Source: the human T2T-CHM13v2.0 reference genome, Homo sapiens
Reading direction: 5' to 3' (one strand)
Assembly: GCF_009914755.1 (NCBI RefSeq)
Contig: NC_060945.1
Length of the DNA stretch: 64,000 nucleotides
Under the pieces are notes generated by a model that was given only the letters and a program-made list of their open reading frames with translations, made no database searches and was not told where the DNA came from. Below are positions 58,701 through 64,000 of this stretch, in pieces (position 1 is the first letter of the stretch; every line of letters begins with the position of its first letter). The position numbers and the translations under genes were made by a program.

Positions 58701-61700
58701 AAGCAATCCAAATATCCACTTGCAGAATCCACAAAAAGAGTGTTTCAAAACTGCTCTATCAATAGAAAGGTTCAACTCTTTTAGTTGAGTACACACATCA
58801 CGAACAAGTTTCTGAGAATGCTTCTGTCTGGCTTTTATTGGAAGACGTTTCCTTTTCACCAAAGGCATCAAAGTGCTCCAAATGTCCACTTCCAGATTCT
58901 ACCAAAAGAGTGTTTCAAACGTGCTCATAGTAAGGGAATGTTCAACTCTGTGACTTGAATGCAGATATCACCAAGTAGTTTCTAATAGTGCTTCTGTCTA
59001 GATTTTAGATGATGATATTCCCGTTTCCAACGAAATCGCTAGAGCTATCCAAATATCCAGTTACAGTTTCTACCAAAAGGGTGTTTCCAAATTGCTGCAT
59101 CAAAAGAAAGGTTCAACTCTGTTAGTTGAGGACACACGTCACAAAGAAGTTTGTGAGAATGCTTCTGTCTAGATTTTGTATGACGATATTCCCTTTTCCA
59201 ACGATATCGTTAAAGCAATCTAAATATCAATTTGCAGAATCCACAAAAATAGAGTTTCAAAGCTGCTCTGTAAAAAGAAAGGTTCCACTCTGTTAGCTGA
59301 GTACACACATCACAAACTTGTTTCTGAGAATCCTTCTGTCTCGTTTTTATGGGAAGATATTTACTTTTCCACCGTAGGCATCAAAGCGCTCCAAATGTCC
59401 ACATCCAGATACTCCAGAACGAGTGTTTCAAACCTGCTCTATGAAAGGGAATCTTCAACTCTATGAGTTGAATGCAGACATCAGAAAGAAATTTCTGAGA
59501 ATGCTGCTGTCTACCTTTTATTTGAATTCCCGCTTCCAACGAAATCCTCCAAGCTATCCAAATATCCACCTGCATTTTCCACAACAAGAGTGTTTCAAAA
59601 CTGCTCTATCAATAGAAATGTTCAACTCCTTTGGCTGGGTACACACATCACAAACAAGTTTCTGAGAATGCTTCTGTCTAGTTTTTATGGGAAGACGTTC
59701 CCTTTTTCACCAAAGGCATCAAAGCGCTCCAAATGTCCACTTCCAGACACTACAAAAAGAGTGTTTCCAACGTGCCCTAAGAAAGCGAATGTTCAACTCT
59801 GTGACTTGAATGCAGATATCACAAAGTAGTTTCTGAGAGGGCTTCTGTCTAGATTTTAGATGATGATATTCCCGTTTCCAACGAAATCATTAGAGCTATC
59901 CAAATATCCACTTACAGTTTCTACAAAAAGAGTGTTTCCAAACTGCTGCATCAAAAGAGAGGTTCCACTCTGTTAGCTGAGTACACACATCACAAACTTG
60001 TTTCTCAGAATCCTTCTGTCTCGTTTTTATGGGAAGATATTTACTTTTTCACCGTAGGCATCAAAGCGCTCCAAATGTCCACATCCAGATACTCCAGAAA
60101 GAGTGTTTCAAACCTGCTCTATGAAAGGGAATCTTCAACTCTATGAGTTGAATGCAGACATCAGAAAGAAATTTCTGAGAATGCTGCTGTCTACCTTTTA
60201 TTTGAATTCCCGCTTCCAACGAAATCCTCCAAGCTATCCAAATATCCACTTGCAGATTCCACAAAAAGAGTGTTTCAAAACTGCTCTCTATCAATGGCAA
60301 AGTTCAACTCTGTTAGTTGAGGACACATATCACCAACAAGTTTCTGAGAATGCTTCTGTCTATTTTTTATGGGAAGATATTTCCTTTTTCACCGTAGGCG
60401 TCAAGGCGATCGAAATGTCCACTTCCACAAACTACAAAAAGTGTGTTTCAAACCTGCTCTATGAAAGGCCATGTTCATCTCTATGAGTTGAATGGAAATA
60501 TCCGAAAGAAATTTCTGGGAATGCTGCTGTCTAGTGTTTATACGAATTCCCGCTTCCAACGAAATCCTCAAAGCAATCCAAATATCCACTTGCAGAATCC
60601 ACAAAAAGAGTGTTTCAAAACTGCTCTATCAATAGAAAGGTTCAACTCTTTTAGTTGAGTACACACATCACGAACAAGTTTCTGAGAATGCTTCTGTCTG
60701 GCTTTTATTGGAAGACGTTTCCTTTTCACCAAAGGCATCAAAGCGCTCCAAATGTCCACTTCCAGATTCTTCCAAAAGAGTGTTTCAAACGTGCTCAAAG
60801 TAAGGGAATGTTCAACTCTGTGACTTGAATGCAGATATCACCAAGTAGTTTCTAATAGTGCTTCTGTCTAGATTTCAGATGATGATATTCCCGTTTCCAA
60901 CGAAATCGTTAGAGCTAAGCAAATATCCAGTTACAGTTTCTACCAAAAGGGTGTTTCCAAATTGCTGCATCAAAAGAAAGGTTCAACTCTGTTAGTTGAG
61001 GACACACATCACAAAGAAGTTTGTGAGAATGCTTCTGTCTAGATTTTGTATGACGATATTCCCTTTTCCAACGATATCGTTAAAGCAATCTAAATATCAA
61101 TTTGCAGAATCCACAAAAATAGAGTTTCAAAGCTGCTCTGTAAAAAGAAAGGTTCCACTCTGTTAGCTGAGTACACACATCACAAACTTGTTTCTGAGAA
61201 TCCTTCTGTCTCGTTTTTATGGGAAGATATTTACTTTTCCACCGTAGGCATCAAAGCGCTCCAAATGTCCACATCCAGATACTCCAGAACGAGTGTTTCA
61301 AACCTGCTCTATGAAAGGGAATCTTCAACTCTATGAGTTGAATGCAGACATCAGAAAGAAATTTCTGAGAATGCTGCTGTCTACCTTTTATTTGAATTCC
61401 CGCTTCCAACGAAATCCTCCAAGCTATCCAAATATCCACCTGCATTTTCCACAACAAGAGTGTTTCAAAACTGCTCTATCAATAGAAATGTTCAACTCCT
61501 TTGGCTGGGTACACACATCACAAACAAGTTTCTGAGAATGCTTCTGTCTAGTTTTTATGGGAAGACGTTCCCTTTTTCACCAAAGGCATCAAAGCGCTCC
61601 AAATGTCCACTTCCAGACACTACAAAAAGAGTGTTTCCAACGTGCCCTAAGAAAGCGAATGTTCAACTCTGTGACTTGAATGCAGATATCACAAAGTAGT

Positions 61701-64000
61701 TTCTGAGAGGGCTTCTGTCTAGATTTTAGATGATGATATTCCCGTTTCCAACGAAATCATTAGAGCTATCCAAATATCCACTTACAGTTTCTACAAAAAG
61801 AGTGTTTCCAAACTGCTGCATCAAAAGAGAGGTTCCACTCTGTTAGCTGAGTACACACATCACAAACTTGTTTCTCAGAATCCTTCTGTCTCGTTTTTAT
61901 GGGAAGATATTTACTTTTTCACCGTAGGCATCAAAGCGCTCCAAATGTCCACATCCAGATACTCCAGAAAGAGTGTTTCAAACCTGCTCTATGAAAGGGA
62001 ATCTTCAACTCTATGAGTTGAATGCAGACATCAGAAAGAAATTTCTGAGAATGCTGCTGTCTACCTTTTATTTGAATTCCCGCTTCCAACGAAATCCTCC
62101 AAGCTATCCAAATATCCACTTGCAGATTCCACAAAAAGAGTGTTTCAAAACTGCTCTCTATCAATGGCAAAGTTCAACTCTGTTAGTTGAGGACACATAT
62201 CACCAACAAGTTTCTGAGAATGCTTCTGTCTATTTTTTATGGGAAGATATTTCCTTTTTCACCGTAGGCGTCAAGGCGATCGAAATGTCCACTTCCACAA
62301 ACTACAAAAAGAGTGTTTCAAACCTGCTCTATGAAAGGCCATGTTCATCTCTATGAGTTGAATGGAAATATCCGAAAGAAATTTCTGGGAATGCTGCTGT
62401 CTAGTTTTTATATGAATTCCCGCTTCCAACGAAATCCTCAAAGCAATCCAAATATCCACTTGCAGAATCCACAAAAAGAGTGTTTCAAAACTGCTCTATC
62501 AATAGAAAGGTTCAACTCTTTTAGTTGAGTACACACATCACAAACAAGTTTCTGAGAATGCTTCTGTCTGGCTTTTATTGGAAGACGTTTCCTTTTCACC
62601 AAAGGCATCAAAGCGCTCCAAATGTCCACTTCCAGATTCTTCCAAAAGAGTGTTTCAAACGTGGTCGAAGTAAGGGAATGTTCAACTCTGTGACTTGAAT
62701 GCAGATATCACCAAGTAGTTTCTAATAGTGCTTCTGTCTACATTTTAGATGATGATATTCCCGTTTCCAACGAAATCGTTAGAGCTAAGCAAATATCCAG
62801 TTACAGTTTCTACCAAAAGGGTGTTTCCAAATTGCTGCATCAAAAGAAAGGTTCAACTCTGTTAGTTGAGGACACACATCACAAAGAAGTTTGTGAGAAT
62901 GCTTCTGTCTAGATTTTGTATGACGATATTCCCTTTTCCAACGATATCGTTAAAGCAATCTAAATATCAATTTGCAGAATCCACAAAAATAGAGTTTCAA
63001 AGCTGCTCTGTAAAAAGAAAGGTTCCACTCTGTTAGCTGAGTACACACATCACAAACTTGTTTCTGAGAATCCTTCTGTCTCGTTTTTATGGGAAGATAT
63101 TTACTTTTCCACCGTAGGCATCAAAGCGCTCCAAATGTCCACATCCAGATACTCCAGAAAGAGTGTTTCAAACCTGCTCTATGAAAGGGAATCTTCAACT
63201 CTATGAGTTGAATGCAGACATCAGAAAGAAATTTCTGAGAATGCTGCTGTCTACCTTTTATTTGAATTCCCGCTTCCAACGAAATCCTCCAAGCTATCCA
63301 AATATCCACCTGCATTTTCCACAAAAAGAGTGTTTCAAAACTGCTCTATCAATAGAAATGTTCAACTCCTTTGGCTGGGTACACACATCACAAACAAGTT
63401 TCTGAGAATGCTTCTGTCTAGTTTTTATGGGAAGACGTTCCCTTTTTCACCAAAGGCATCAAAGCGCTCCAAATGTCCACTTCCAGACACTACAAAAAGA
63501 GTGTTTCAAACGTGCTCTAAGAAAGCGAATGTTCAACTCTGTGACTTGAATGCAGATATCACAAAGTAGTTTCTGAGAGGGCTTCTGTCTAGATTTTAGA
63601 TGATGATATTCCCGTTTCCAACGAAATCATTAGAGCTATCCAAATATCCACTTACAGTTTCTACAAAAAGAGTGTTTCCAAACTGCTGCATCAAAAGAGA
63701 GGTTCCACTCTGTTAGCTGAGTACACACATCACAAACTTGTTTCTCAGAATCCTTCTGTCTCGTTTTTATGGGAAGATATTTACTTTTTCACCGTAGGCA
63801 TCAAAGCGCTCCAAATGTCCACATCCAGATAGTACAGAAAGAGTTTTTCAAACCTGCTCTATGAAAGGGAATCTTCAACTCTATGAGTTGAATGCAGACA
63901 TCAGAAAGAAATTTCTGAGAATGCTGCTGTCTACCTTTTATTTGAATTCCCGCTTCCAACGAAATCCTCCAAGCTATCCAAATATCCACTTGCAGATTCC

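Larger units (their letters stand above)
50854..64000 (-). repeat. Alpha-satellite HOR array, 11-mer of 1,870 bp, consistent with D13Z1/D21Z1 (suprachromosomal family 2); about 7 copies, truncated by window end
   Basis: ~170-bp alphoid monomers. Equivalent ORF ends recur at 51905, 53775, 55645, 57515, 59381, 61251, 63121 (period 1,870; one 1,866). Mostly dimeric CENP-B box spacing. EcoRI sites at 53068, 53918, 54598, 54938 give 850/680/340-bp fragments, recalling the alphaRI-680 family of chr13/21. Strand is given relative to the canonical CENP-B box orientation. Alpha satellite identity is certain; chromosome assignment is from recall. Confidence 0.9.

Noticed and set aside
50783-63989. Recurrent ORFs in the alpha array and one ORF crossing the junction (50783..50971)
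   Set aside because: Chance translations of alphoid monomers repeating with the 1,870-bp period; similar database 'proteins' are typically spurious.
1-64000. Inversions, Alu/L1/LTR insertions, telomeric, HSat2/3 or beta-satellite blocks
   Set aside because: None seen on reading; both arrays keep one orientation and no foreign sequence interrupts them.
50854-64000. Definite assignment to chr13 rather than chr21, or to the kinetochore-forming region
   Set aside because: D13Z1 and D21Z1 are near-identical and cannot be separated by eye. CENP-A occupancy is epigenetic and not readable from sequence; mapping and chromatin data are required.
1-64000. A previously undescribed gene-encoded biological system
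   Set aside because: Every base is accounted for by two known satellite families; any novelty is limited to repeat architecture and mutational mechanism.

Overview
This window is entirely primate (almost certainly human) centromeric satellite DNA with no credible genes. Bases 1..~50,853 are an AT-rich 42-bp tandem repeat matching Human Satellite 1A (HSat1A/SAR; consensus ACATAAAATATCAAAGT+ACCCAAAATATATATTATATACTGT, the 17+25 bp RsaI sub-units). It joins abruptly at ~50,854-50,860 to a homogeneous alpha-satellite higher-order repeat (HOR) array running to the window end. That array has a 1,870-bp 11-mer with 5 intact CENP-B boxes per unit and 850/680/340-bp EcoRI spacing, consistent with D13Z1/D21Z1; chr13 is my preferred but unverified assignment. 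All ORFs are artefacts of repeat periodicity. I found no new gene-encoded system. The notable content is repeat architecture: a nested HSat1A hierarchy (42 bp, ~3.0-3.8-kb unit types, a 9,754-bp block present three times, a 31,812-bp super-period), chimeric and patchwork units, a dyad symmetry in the 42-mer that recurrent variants improve, a 7-bp microhomology junction beside a dead CENP-B box, and a 3-HOR (~5.6-kb) super-period plus a short conversion-like tract in the alpha array. Distances come from hand-reading and ORF-track offsets, not alignments.
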